A stretch of 64,000 nt of DNA from Lama guanicoe (lineage: Eukaryota): assembly GCA_013239625.1 (NCBI GenBank), contig MU054212.1:8641084-8705083 (forward strand). Direction: 5' to 3'. The notes below the pieces were generated by a model. It made no database searches and was not told where the DNA came from. It worked only from the letters and a program-made list of their open reading frames with translations. A program made the position numbers and the translations under genes. Shown piece after piece: positions 37,860 through 50,039 of this stretch (position 1 is its first letter; the number at the start of each line of letters is the position of its first letter).

Positions 37860-38050
37860 TAGCTAACCTTTATTGGCACAACACTCCAGCGGGTAAAGTA
37901 CTATCATTTTCCCCAAGAGGATAATAATAACTGAGGAGGAAAGCAATGTTCGGTTTTTTGACTAAAGTCTCACAGCTAATCAGTGATGGAGCCAGGGGTC
38001 TGATCTCAGGTGGTCTGGCTGCAAATCTAGCTGCTCACCTCTGGTGACCA
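37860..38050 (-). mobile_element. MIR SINE fragment
   Basis: tcacagctaatcagtgatggagccaggggtctgatctcaggtggtctggctgcaaa. Confidence 0.55.
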
Positions 38051-38938
38051 TGTCCATCGCACTGTCCCCTCTAATTGGAGCCACAGCTGCAGGGGAAAGT
38101 TCCATGTGAGCTGGGACAGGCCTTCCAGCTTGCACTGCACCTTTCTGCATTGTCACACCATCCCACTCTGCCTGCAGCCCAGAGATGTAAGGCAGGGAAA
38201 AGTCCCGGGTAGCCTTCAACCAACGGGCGATGGGAGCTGGTGGAGGAATGATCCAGGCTCCAGCCTTCCACAGACAGCTCTAAGAAGCATTGCATATATT
38301 TCCCACGGGTCCGGACCGAATCAAGCCCTCTACCCAGAGATAACCGCTATTTCTGCTCCCCATTCCTCCTCCGTCTCACTCCCCTTTCTCCTGGAATCAC
38401 CTCCCTAATAAACTGCCTCCATAATAAAGAGCCCTGGTCTCAGGCTCTACGAGAAAGTGAACTTAATCAAGAGAAGGCATCAGCGTCGAGGACATCAGAG
38501 ATCAGAAAGGACAGCAGATCAAATTCTTAGCAGATTCAGCCTTTCATTGTGAAAGCCACTGACCACTGCCCTACTTCAGAGAGAGAGGTAGGGAGAGGTT
38601 TTCAGGGAAAGATCAGTGCTCAGCCAAAGGCAAAAGATTTCAACGAACAAATACGTTTGACTGCACTATGTATTTTCTAAAGTTTGACTTGTCCATTTTG
38701 AACTGGGTCGTGACAGGAATCATCAGACCATGGAGTTGTTGGACAACATAAGGCGTTCTCAGATAAATGCATTTCAAAGTTCTCTTTCTCTTGGGCAGTT
38801 ATATAAAGCTGATGAAATGGGTCTCTGTAGTGTTGCTGGTCAGTTTCCTCATAAGCGGAGCACATGGCCCTGATGTGAAGCAGGAAGAAAAGGACACATT
38901 TACTCTTTTTGCATATTCTAGTGCTATCGGCGCCCGTT

Positions 38939-39160
38939 AAAAAAAAAGAAGAAAGAAAGGAAGGAAGGAAGGAAGGAAGGAAGGAAGGAAGGAAGGAAGG
39001 AAGGAAGGAAGGAAGGAAGGAAGGAAGGAAGGAAGGAAGGAAGGAAGGAAGAAAGAAAGGAAAGAACGGAAAGAAAGAAAGAAAGAAAAGAAAGAAAGAA
39101 AGAAAGAAAGGAAGGAAGAAAGGAAGAAAGAAAGGAAGGAAGAAAGGAAGAAAGGAAGAA
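38939..39160. repeat. Polypurine (GGAA)n/(GAAA)n microsatellite
   Basis: About 220 bp of almost pure purine with a long GGAA run. Confidence 0.95.
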
Positions 39161-39539
39161 ACTTTGGTGTCTGGAAAGGAATCTAATTTTCTCCAAGCCG
39201 TCAAAGCTGTCGCATTTCTCCAGCTGTTTGCAAAGCATGAACTAATGCTCTGAGAAAGAGACCTTTCATGACTGCATTTTATTTATGCACCTGTATCCAA
39301 TGGTCATTACAGAATCAGGAGTTTGACTGAGGACCACAAATAAGTCTACTTCTAGACAAGACATGGAGCTCCCCCTGAGCTAGGGGAGACTCTAAGCTTT
39401 TATTTTTTCTATCCATCATTCTTACCTCAATGATTCAACTTACAGTCCAGCCATTATTCAGAAAATAAAATGCCATTAGAGAATATCATTTCATGAGGCA
39501 TTTCATGTCAAAGTTCTCCATCAAGGGAAGGCTAGTGTC

Positions 39540-40100
39540 CTCAGACACAAGAGGGTAAGCTCTTTCCACTCATGCTGGTGTTTCTGAGCTGCTCAGAGAA
39601 GGATAGGATCCAGACTTGGGACCCAAAACTCTGAGATGGGGGTGTGGGGTCTCTGAGCTTGGACGGAGGTCCACATGCCTGGAAGTCAGATCTCCAGGAG
39701 GAGACACTGGGTAGCTGATGCTGGAGTCTCACAGAGAGACATGGTAAGTCTGGCTTCGCAAGTGTTGGAGAAACTACAAACAGGATTAAACAGGATGCAG
39801 CTGCCTCTGTGGGAGGAACTGTCACCACCAGGGTGATCAACCGTGATTGAAGTGATGTTCACAGGAACCACAAGCTGGGAGAAGGAGGCTAGAGCAATTC
39901 CCTTCCTCCTGCAGCCTGGTCGTTTCCATCAAGCACCACCTATTGGCAGAGCCTAAATGGGTGTCCCTGGCGGGTAGCAGGAGTTGGGTGGGGGGAGCAA
40001 GAATGCAGCCTGCAGAATCCCTGCCCCAGCATCCCACACAGGATGGGTTGGCAGCTTAGAAACAGCAGTTTTAACGACTGGCACAGCACTCTACGAGACT
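39540..40100. mobile_element. Old ERVL-type LTR fragment (LTR16/33/41-like)
   Basis: cccttcctcctgcagcc...agcaccacctattggcagagcctaa motif; family uncertain. Confidence 0.4.
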
Positions 40101-41999
40101 TTCAGCCTCAGAATACTAAGGCTCCAATTTTCAAATATTTCCTGTGCTTGGCATTCAGTGGGAAAGAAATACAATAACTGAGGAGCTGTGGAGGAACCGT
40201 TGTCTTGTGTGATGTTGGCAAAAGTGCACTCGGCTCAGAAGGTAAGCTTTGGATAAAACCTGAAGCCGGTAAAGGATGTTTCTCCTGCATATTTTAGCCC
40301 CTTCATTAGCAGTGAGGTAGAGGGGTGGGCTGAAGGCTTGCCTTGTGTTAGAGATGCGTAAACAAGAGACAAGGTTTGGGATACCACTGGAAAACCAAAG
40401 GACGTGGTTAATGGCAGAGACCAAGGAAAAGGTGGAGTTTCCTGCGTTTAAGAAAGTGTTGTGCAGCCTGGGAAAAGATTGCTTCTGCATGTAAGTTACT
40501 AATGTTGAAGAAAGCAGCCTCATGAAATTACCTCCAGGTCCACAGCCTCACATTTTCCTGTGCACTTCTCCGTTTTTTTTCCTTTCTTTTTTTCTTTTTT
40601 TTTTTTTTAGTGGTTAATGCAATTTATATAACTTAAAAAATTTTACACAATTTCAAACTTACAGAAAAGTTGCAAAAGCAGTACAAGAAAAATTCCTCTA
40701 CATTTTTACCCAAATTGGCTACTGATTAACATTTTTCCCTCCTTTGCTTTATTATCCATGTAATTTTATAAACATGATAATGCAGAAGAAAATGATTTGA
40801 TAGTGGAAAGGAGGCCAGTGCTTGGAACTCTTCTGAGCCCACAAGTGCCCCATCCCAGGGAATTAACCAATGCAGTGCTGGGGTCACTCCCCATCCCCCC
40901 AAAAAACAAAAAACAAGGCAACCCATTCAGCTGAGTAAGGACAGAACATGTATATGTTTCTGGAATGATATCTGTTTAAAGCACGGAATAAGTGGGCATA
41001 AAGGACTGGCATTTGTTTATCTAGGAAACTTGTTTAAAGCTCTGGATAGCCAATGAGTTACTGACAGCTGAGAAAAGGAAATTGGCAAATCTTAGGGAAA
41101 TAATCTCTGTGAGAAGAGTCATATTCATGGCCAAAGCGTGAGAGGCAGAGGAATTTTGAAAAGCTCAGGATGGAAATCACAGCCCCTCCATGGAGACAAA
41201 GACCCTCCCTCCACTCCCCACTCTCCTTTCCCAGCTGTCTCAGCCCCAGCCTCGCCCACAGTCTGGCTTGGGGATTCTGCAAGGCCCTTTCCTATCAAAT
41301 GATGATAAAGAGGACATTTAAATTTAGGATAGGAAAACACGGCAAAATCAGGGAATAAATGTCCAAGAATGCCCTTGGGGTAAATGCGTGATGCACCTTC
41401 TAAAAAGCCCCACAGCTCTAAGCCTATGATTATGGTCCTGAATTCTGTTTGGTTTTGGCGAGTTTAACTCTGGCCACTCACTTCTATGCAGGGTGGATGT
41501 TTTTCAAGTTCAAAGTGAAAACTCTGCCTTTTATCTTTCTTATGAGGTTTTTCTGGTCTTCACCTGGCATTCATGTGCTTCTGGCAACAGACACTTCTGT
41601 CCTCTGCCTCGTTCCATTGTGACTCAGCCCAACTAAGTACATGCCAATGCTTTGTGGGTGCTTTAATTAGCTTTGGGGGGAAAAGTAATTATACTGTGGT
41701 GATAGTCTTTTAAGAAGCCGGAGAGCTCTAGGACATCTTTCCTTCTCTGGGGCTATAGGCAAAGCACCAAGAAATCTAGAGGTCTCTTCTTTGATGAAGC
41801 CCCTCAAATTGTATGCAAGCCTTTTGTGTACATAAGGGGTGCTTTCAAGAGAGAGGATGTCAGTAGCTTTCACCTGTTTCCCAGAGAATTTCTTGACCTC
41901 ATAAAAGGTTGAGAATCCTGAACCTAAGATTTATTGCATGAAGGAATGGAAGAAAATTAATAAATGAATAAAACGGCTATTGCTGTCCATTCAGTTTCT

Positions 42000-42090
42000 A
42001 TTTTTCTCTCTCTCTTCCCTTAACAGAAGCAGTGGGGATTGAACCCAGGACCTCATGCACTTCAAGCATGAGCTCTACCTACCACCCCCC
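42000..42090 (-). mobile_element. Vic-1-like SINE (degenerate) with TSD
   Basis: ggggattgaacccaggacctcatgcac; TSD TCCATTCA(G/A)TTTCT at 41986-41999 and 42091-42104. Confidence 0.8.
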
Positions 42091-43099
42091 TCCATTCAAT
42101 TTCTGATCCCCACCCCTATTCACATACACACACTTGGCTCCTTTTTCATCAATAGTTGGTCATGATTGTTCTGAGCTCTGTCTTGGGGGTTCAGCCAGCT
42201 CCTTTCAAACCACACACAAGTCAACCGCTGGTCTGCAGACCCACATTCCCTGGGAGAAATATTCCGGGAAATAATTGGCTTCATCTAACACAATCCTTGA
42301 CCTTGTGTACAAAAACCCCTTGAGCTGTGGGTGGGAAATTCTCAGGAAAGTGCAGCGACTCCTACATAAAGTCAGAAAGAGAAGGAACACTCTTAGATGG
42401 AAGTGGTTAAAAAAGTGGGGGCAGCCTGCTGGGCACCTCTCCTCCATGCCCAGCCTGAGCTTCCTGACAGCAGCCCTACCCAAAGGCTGGCCCAAACGCC
42501 TGATATTTATAAACAGACTCAAAGACACACACACACCAACACACACCCCACCATCACCACCACCACCATCAACTTCACCCACCACCTTCTGAGGCCTGCC
42601 AGCTCTTGTAGACACTTTTGTTCATTCAATTAGCCAGCACTTTGGAGGCCCAATTATGTGCCAGGCACTAAACAGGTTTTGAGAATCAAAGCTTAGTAAG
42701 CTTGGAGTCTGATAAGACGGCAAACAGACAATCACAGGGAGGTTGCGGTGCAGCCCCGCAAGTGCTATCACCAAAGCAGAACCAGGGTCCTGGCAACGCA
42801 CAGCTGGAGAGGCACACTCATGGGAACTGGAGGGGCTCTCATCACTCTTCCCCCCGTTATGCATTCACCATGTGAACCTGGCCCCTGGAGTGCTGCCACC
42901 CCGAGGCCCTGGATGTGACCCAGGAACACTCAGATGGGCAGAGCAGGTGCTAATGGCGGGCGTCACCATCATATGATGGTGGCGGCTGCCCAGAGTATGG
43001 GACTGCACCCTCTGCCCTCCCTTCACCAGTCTGGTGCCTGCACTGCCTGCTGTGCTCTACTCTGTCCGACTCCAGCCTTTCCAAGTCCACCACATTTGA

Positions 43100-43944
43100 A
43101 CCTAACAACCACATGGGCAAAAGATATGAACAACCAACCCACATGCTGATAATGAGCTACCCAGGGCCACTCGTTGTAAAAACAAGGCAAATTAAAGCAA
43201 TACCAAAAGCTGGGTAAATGTTTTACAGATGGCTAAAATCCAGCACTGATGAGGATGTGGGGAAATGCACTTTTCATACATTGCTGGTGAGGGTATGAAA
43301 TATAATCTTTTCGAAAAATACTCTGGCAATATCCAATAAAATTAGAAATACACATCACCTTTGACCCAAGAGTCCCACTTTGGGGAATTTATCCTGTAAG
43401 AATAAAAGCACCAGATATACACAAAATGTTATGATAAATCACAGAGAAAAAAAATGTGAAAAAAAAAGAATAAAAGCACCAGCATTGTTTATCATGGAAC
43501 AGGAAAATAAAACTGGAAACATCCTAAATAGCCATGCTGGAGGAATGGCTGGCTAAATTATGATATCTGTACCAAGGAATATTGCACAGCCATGAAAAAG
43601 AGTAAGTTATATTTATACGTATTTGCCTAGAAACATACCAACGGTAATTTATTTAGAGGAAGGGGATAAAAGACACTATGGAGAAATGTATAGAGAAGAA
43701 GCTTATTCTTGAACAAAAATATAAGGGAAAAACCCACATACATTTCCATAAATACACACACACATACACATACACACAAACACATTTGAGCAGAGAGAAA
43801 GATGTAGAGAGTTACAAATCAAACTGTTCAGATTAGTTACCTCAAAGGGTACTACCAGAGGCAAAGAGAAGATTAATTGAGTTTTTCTTAATACATCTCT
43901 GTTTTATAATACTTGCTACAAAGAACACAATTTTTTTGGTAATT
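43100..43944 (+). mobile_element. Old L1ME-like 3' fragment
   Basis: gaggatgtggggaaatgcacttttcatacattgctggtgag...ctttgacccaagagtcccactttggggaatttatcct. Confidence 0.65.
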
Positions 43945-43962
43945 AAAAAATTTCTAGTTAAG

Positions 43963-44091
43963 GTTGGGGGTGTAGCTCAGTGGTAGAGGGTGTGCTTGGT
44001 GTGCATGGGGTCCTGGGTTCAAACCCCAGTGCCTCCATTAAGAGAAAAAATATTTTTAAAAATAGTTTGTTAAATAAAAATCTGTATGTTT
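43963..44091 (+). mobile_element. Vic-1-like SINE
   Basis: gggggtgtagctcagtggtagagggtgtgcttggtgtgcatggggtcctgggttcaaaccccagtgcctcc; TSD AAAAAA(T/A)TTCTAGTTAAG. Confidence 0.9.
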
Positions 44092-44109
44092 AAAAAAATT
44101 CTAGTTAAG

Positions 44110-45568
44110 AGAATGAGAAGAAAGGCCACCAAGTGGGAGAAAATATCTGCTGAAAATATATCTGACATAGGACTGTTAAAGAGAACACTTAAAACTCAAC
44201 AATAAGAACCAAACAACCTGATTAAAAAATAAGCAAAAAATGTGGACAGGTATCTCACCAAAGAAAATATAGAGATGGCAATTAGGCTTATGAAAAGATG
44301 CTCAACATCAGGGAAATGCAAATTACAATGAGATAACACTACACACCTATTGGAATGGCCATAATCCAAAATACTGACAACACCAAATGTTGGCAAGAGT
44401 GTGGAGCAACAAGAACTCTCATTCACTGCTTGTGGGAAAGCAAAATGGTACAGCTGCTTTGGAAGACAGCTCGGCAGTTTTTTACAAAACTAAACATACC
44501 CTTACCAAATGATCCAGCACACCTTGGTATTTCCACCCAAACAAGTTGAAGGCTTATGTATACACAAAAGCCCACATGGAGATGTTTATAGCAGCTTTAT
44601 TCACAATTGCCAAATTCTGGAAGCAACCAAGATGTCCTTCAGTAAGTGAATGAATATGTCAGTTGTGGTTCGTCCAGGCAATGGAATATTATTCAGCATT
44701 AAAGAGAAGTGAGCTATTAAGCCATGAAAATGGAGGAAACTTAAATATATATCACAAGTGAAAAAAGTCAGTCTGAAAAGGCTACATACTGTATGATTCC
44801 TGCTATGGTAGTTCCCCTTACCTACATTTTCACTTTCTATATTCCCAGTTACCCAAGATAAACCAAGGTCTGAAAATATTCAATGGAAAATTCCAGAAAT
44901 AAACAATGCGTAAGTTTTAAATTGTGCACCATTCTGAGTAGCATCATGAAATCGGGTGCTTTCCTGCTCTATCTTTCCTGGGACGTAAGTCCTCCCTTTG
45001 TCCAGTGTATACACACTGCAGACACTACCCATCTATCAGAATAGGAAGAAAACATATATAGGGCTTGGTACTATCCACAGTTTCAAGTATCCACTGGGGG
45101 TCTTGGAACGTATATCCCACAGATTAACAGGGACCACTATATGTGACATTCTGGAAAAGGTGAAACCATGAAGACAGTAAAAAGATCAGTGGTAGCCAGG
45201 AGTGGGGCTGGGGTAGGAGGTGGAAGGAATGACTAGATGGAGCACAGAGGATTTTTAGGGCAGTGAAGCTATTCTGTGCAATACTCTTATAGTGGATACA
45301 CGTCATTACACATTTGTCCAAACCCACAAAATGTACAACACCAAGAGTGAACCTTAATGTAAACTACAAACTTCAGGACATAACGATGTGTCAGTATAGG
45401 TTCATCAATTGTAACAAATGTCCGACTCTGGCTGGGGATGGTGATTATGGGGGAGGCAGTGGGAGGGGACGGGGTTATAAGGGAAATCTCTGCACTTTCT
45501 GCTCAATTTTGCTGTGAATCTAAAACTGCTATAAAAATCAGGTCTATTAAAATTGTTTTAATAACTCT
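44110..45568 (+). mobile_element. L1MC-like ORF2 end and 3'UTR
   Basis: ORF2 C-terminal remnants and 3'UTR (catttgtccaaacccacaaaatgtacaacaccaagagtgaacc...ctaaaactgct); flanked by AAAAAATTCTAGTTAA. Confidence 0.85.
44806..45139 (+). mobile_element. MER44A (Tigger-family) DNA transposon nested in L1
   Basis: Degenerate TIRs (tggtagttcccctta / taacagggaccacta), TA target duplication at 44804-05 and 45140-41, internal gaaaatattcaatggaaaattccagaaataaacaa and ccactgggggtcttggaacg. Confidence 0.85.
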
Positions 45569-46959
45569 AAAAAATTCTAGTTAAACATTTAGTCTTAGAT
45601 ACAGCCTATTTGGAAATGATCATTATATAAGATTGGCCAGTCAGGATCCTGCCATTCAAAGGGATGCCAAGGAGCAGTTGAAAAGAATGAAATGGAGCTC
45701 TATCCGCAGCAATGGAAACGCATTCCAGGCCTAGAGATAGGTGAAAAAAAAAAAAAGATGCCATGACAATACATACGCATGACACCATTTGTATTAAAAT
45801 AGAAACAAATCACACGGTGTGTATGTTTGTTAATGCACAGAAAATTGCTAATTGGAAAATGAGAGACTCTTAGTGGTTGCCTGTCTCTGGGGGATGGGAG
45901 GGAGGTCATATACCCTGCTGAGCTGCCTGAACTTTCTAAGAGTAGATTAGCTTATAAAGAAATTAAAGCTAATTATTTTAGGAAAAGCAAGTTTTTTCCT
46001 TGCGTCATATCAATATATTGCACTAAGATGTGAGTGTATCCTCTGACCAGCCACTATAAAGCTCATGTCAGCCTCAAGCTCACAAAATCAATCATCAGTT
46101 TCTATGTGTGGTACCACCTGACCCTCAGGTGTTATAAAACGAAATGTCATAACCAAGCAAAGGTGTATCCAACTTAAAGAATTACAGCGATACTTATATT
46201 TATATAGCGCTTGACAATCTAGGAAGGGCAAGAAGTCCTCCGCAAGGAATCTGTCTTTATGGAAGTAATATATATTGCAAGCAGTAATTTTAAAGGTACA
46301 TCATAAGCAGAATGGCCAACCTGTCCTCACTATAAACAGCTACAAAAAAAATCCAAAAAATACATCAACAACCTGTAACATCCCTGCCCACAGCTATTAT
46401 ATAAGCAATTAGGAGAAAATTCACTTTATAAAAAATTTTAAAACCCTTCCCACATGGAAGATCACACTTACTGTGGTTAAAGCACAGCCTAAAGACAAAT
46501 TCAAAGTGTGTCTTCAAAAGCACCTAGACATCACTGGTTTTTCTCTCAAGCTGCCTTTGTCCCCGGGGAGCAGTCTAAATCCCCCCAGAAAGCAGCCCTG
46601 GGGGATCATGTGACATAGAACATAGAAGAACAAACACACTATGCTTCCAACCCCACTTACCCTGGACAGAGCAAAACCAAGTACTTACAATATGGGGAGA
46701 CTTTGGGTTACCTTTGGTATCTAATTTTATAATATTCCTTTTAATTCACGATTTTTTTTTTGAAATCTTGTAGTATTTTAAAAGAAGCTTTTAAATGCAG
46801 TAACGGCTTTGACAATAAACTTTTCAGTGAGAAAGAATTCTTGTTTTATGACAGACGTCTATAGGAATGTATCACTGGATTGACAGCGAACTTTCTAAGA
46901 TCAACAGGTCCACAAAAGGAGCACTCAGTTGCTTATGTAAGTTAACACAGAACAGTAAC

Positions 46960-47160
46960 CATAATGGCGGCTGTTTATTGAGTTCACAATAGTATTTACG
47001 TGCATTCTCTCTTTAATTTTCCCAATAACCCTATGAAGTGGGTACCATTAACCGTATTTTACAGATGAGAAGACTGAGGCAGAACGATAAGGCCTGCTCA
47101 AGGTCACACAACCAGAAAGGGGTGTAGCGAGGTCTCGAACCAGTTCTTCCAGTGCCCAAG
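46960..47160 (-). mobile_element. MIR SINE
   Basis: caataaccctatgaagtgggtacc...attttacagatgagaagactgaggcaga...gctcaaggtcacaca. Confidence 0.75.
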
Positions 47161-47714
47161 GGCCTTGGCCCTCTCCTGGTCGGGCCAGCTGGATAAGACA
47201 TGAATGGATCAGGGATAAGGGATGTGCAGCCAACCCAGAGCACAGCACTGACTGCAGTGGCCTGGCTGGACAGTGCTCTGATTCACTCAGGCTTCCTCTC
47301 TGAGAGCCCAACTGCAGCGGGGAGCTGCCTGCTCACAATGGGACAGACTAGGGAACGCGGCAGCCTATGGTCGTGTAGGCACAGACGCCTCAGAGCGGAG
47401 GGAGAGGGTGGAGGTCTAATCCAGGAGCATGGCCCATGTGGGTGGTCCAGTCCCATTAACGTCAAAGTTCAAGAACAATGGTCCCCACAGGACCTTGCTC
47501 CTGAGGTCCCACTGGTAACTTCTCTGTGCCAAGCTGCCACCAGGTAACTGGCAGCCATGGACAACTGTTACCTCCCCTCCCCATCTGGGAGAGCCATCCC
47601 TTTGCTCTATGATAACAGATATCTACCATGTCCAATGCAGCCAAAGGCTCAACTGATGAACCTTACTTCTTGGCCATCCTGGCATTTGGAGGCAGGGGGT
47701 CAACCGACTGTGTT

Positions 47715-48480
47715 TCAGCACAATTCAGCAATGATTTATCTTGGACAGTTCTGCAGGTTGGCAGGGCTTAGCTGGGTGGTTCTTGTGTTCCACGTGGTGT
47801 CCACCGGAGCTCAGCTGCTGCTGGCACACCCAAGGTGGCTTAATGAACATGACTGACACCTCCCTGGGGTAGCTAGAATAGCTGGGGCCTGGCTAGGCCT
47901 CTCTTCACGTGATCATTTATTATTCAGTGTCTAGTCCAAGCCTCCTTACATGGCAGCTGGATCCCCAGGGTGAAAACAGAAACAGCAAGGCCTAGTAAGG
48001 CTTTCAAATGCATTTTGTTGGTTAAAGCAAGTCACTGGACCAGTCACCACTCAAGGAGAAAAGAAATAGACTCCATTCCTTGATGGGAAAAGGGAAATGA
48101 GCATACAAGAATTATTGGCAGACAATATTTTTGGACAATATACACAAAATTTAAATGGAAGTTGTTAAATCTTACTCAGCTGTCAGGAGCCCTCTGCCCT
48201 TCTCCCTTTCTTCCTTGTCCCTGCCTAGAACATGGATGTGATGGCTGGAAGTTCAGCAGTCATCTTGCAACCATGAGGCAGCCTGGAAGATGGAAGCTAT
48301 TCACTGAGGATAGCAGAAAGGAGATTAGGTTCCTGATGGTAGAAGAGCTGCTACACCAGCCAGGGACTGCCTACTTCCAGGGTATTTACACAGTAAAAAA
48401 CATATAGATCTCAATCTTACCTAAGCAATGGTTATTTCATTTTTCCAGTAGGCACAGGTTCCAATATGAACAACTAACAG
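47715..48480. mobile_element. Old MLT1 (MaLR) LTR fragments
   Basis: gcattttgttggttaaagcaagtcac...aaatagactccattccttgatggga; gatggctggaagttcagcagtcatcttgcaaccatgagg. Confidence 0.55.
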
Positions 48481-50039
48481 AAGGAATCACACAGCCCACA
48501 ATAGAAAACTTCCTATTGTGTAAAAATATAGTAAATAGCAAAATTGCTGATTTATTGCTAAGTTCCATTAGAACCATATAAAATATACTAAAGCAAGATT
48601 CAAGGTAATGGTTTAGTGACAAGCACCTTGCCTCTAAGGTACTAGGAGTTAGTCCCGGGGAGCTTATGAGTAAGTGTTTAGAGGCTCCTTAATACTTCCA
48701 TATAAACAGTGCCCGAGAAAAAATACTTTAAATGTCTTTCAGCCAAAACTAAGCTTGAGTGCCTGTTCCGAACTCCTCGTCATTTAGGAAGAATTAGTAT
48801 GTAAAGTTCAAATGAGGTCACTGTATCTTCGCACCCTCTCACCCCCCACCAATTTCTCATTTCCCATTCAGTCAAACGAATCCTTCTCCAATCACTGAGG
48901 CTGTTTCATAGAAGTGCAGCCTGCCTTTTCCTCTTTCTTACATTTTTTTTTTAAAATGCCAAGCAAATAGGCAAGTTTTAAAACACAAGACTGGGTGTTT
49001 TTTTTTTTTTTTTTAAACAGATGTGCATAGGAGGACCCTCAGACTGGTAAGCTGAGAAGTGGGAAGGACAGTCAGGTATTGCGGGCATGACCGGGGCACA
49101 CAGATCAAATTTGCAATGACAAACAGCCCCCTCAATTCTCAAATACAAGGACAAGGAGAAATGGCTGCCTCGCAGCATAATATATTTCTTCCAAAAAGTA
49201 GCTGAACTTGGCTACGTTATTATTTCACTCATTTTCGTGTAGGGTTTGGCAAATGTTTCATTTGACTTTTGCATATATTTCAAATTATTGGAATATTTTA
49301 TCTTCCTGTCTATTTTAAGCTAGTAATCAGCTATCTCAAAAAAGACACATCCTTGAAATATTTTTAAATATAATTAGAGTGCTACTGCTGCTACATGCAA
49401 CATTATTAAGACTTAGAGTAACGAATAATTTGTTGTGCTGTTTTGCAACACTTTAATTCTAAAGTCTAATTATTTACACTAAAGGCTTTTCCAGAGCTGC
49501 CTCCTTGAATGCTCATCAGAAAAACACAGCATCTGGCAATTTATCTCCGAACACAATTAAATGTGCACATCTTATCATTTGATCATTTGTCAGAAGAAAA
49601 CTTGTTGCCCACATGGTTTCTATTCCTACCATAATAACCTTAAAATACCAGCGATAACCAGAGGGTTCTTAGGCAATGACCTCTCTGATTCCAATAATCT
49701 GCTCAGGGTCAGGCTCTTGACAGACATCAACCCGGAAAGCGCTCCAGCTGCTAACCTGCGCGCCCCACTGAGCTGTGGGGTCCACCTGGCTGCTTCCTTG
49801 AGGCTCCTTTCCTTGACTTCCCATATCTTTGCTCCTCATCTTTCTGTTCTTTGCTTTCCGTCTCCAATCTCTCTCACTGCCTCAGCATCCAATGACTTTC
49901 CATCTTAAAGACCCCTAAAGTGGCAGCTGCTTCTTTCCAGGCGCAGCTCGTCATTTGCCCACGCAGTCAACTCTGGGGCACAGATCCAGGCTCCACGACT
50001 GACTACCAGATACACAATTTAGTCAAGGTCCTCCAGGGA

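Noticed and set aside
38677..39253. ORFs of 104-175 aa with FLPS/KEGR repeats
   Set aside because: Translation of a GGAA microsatellite
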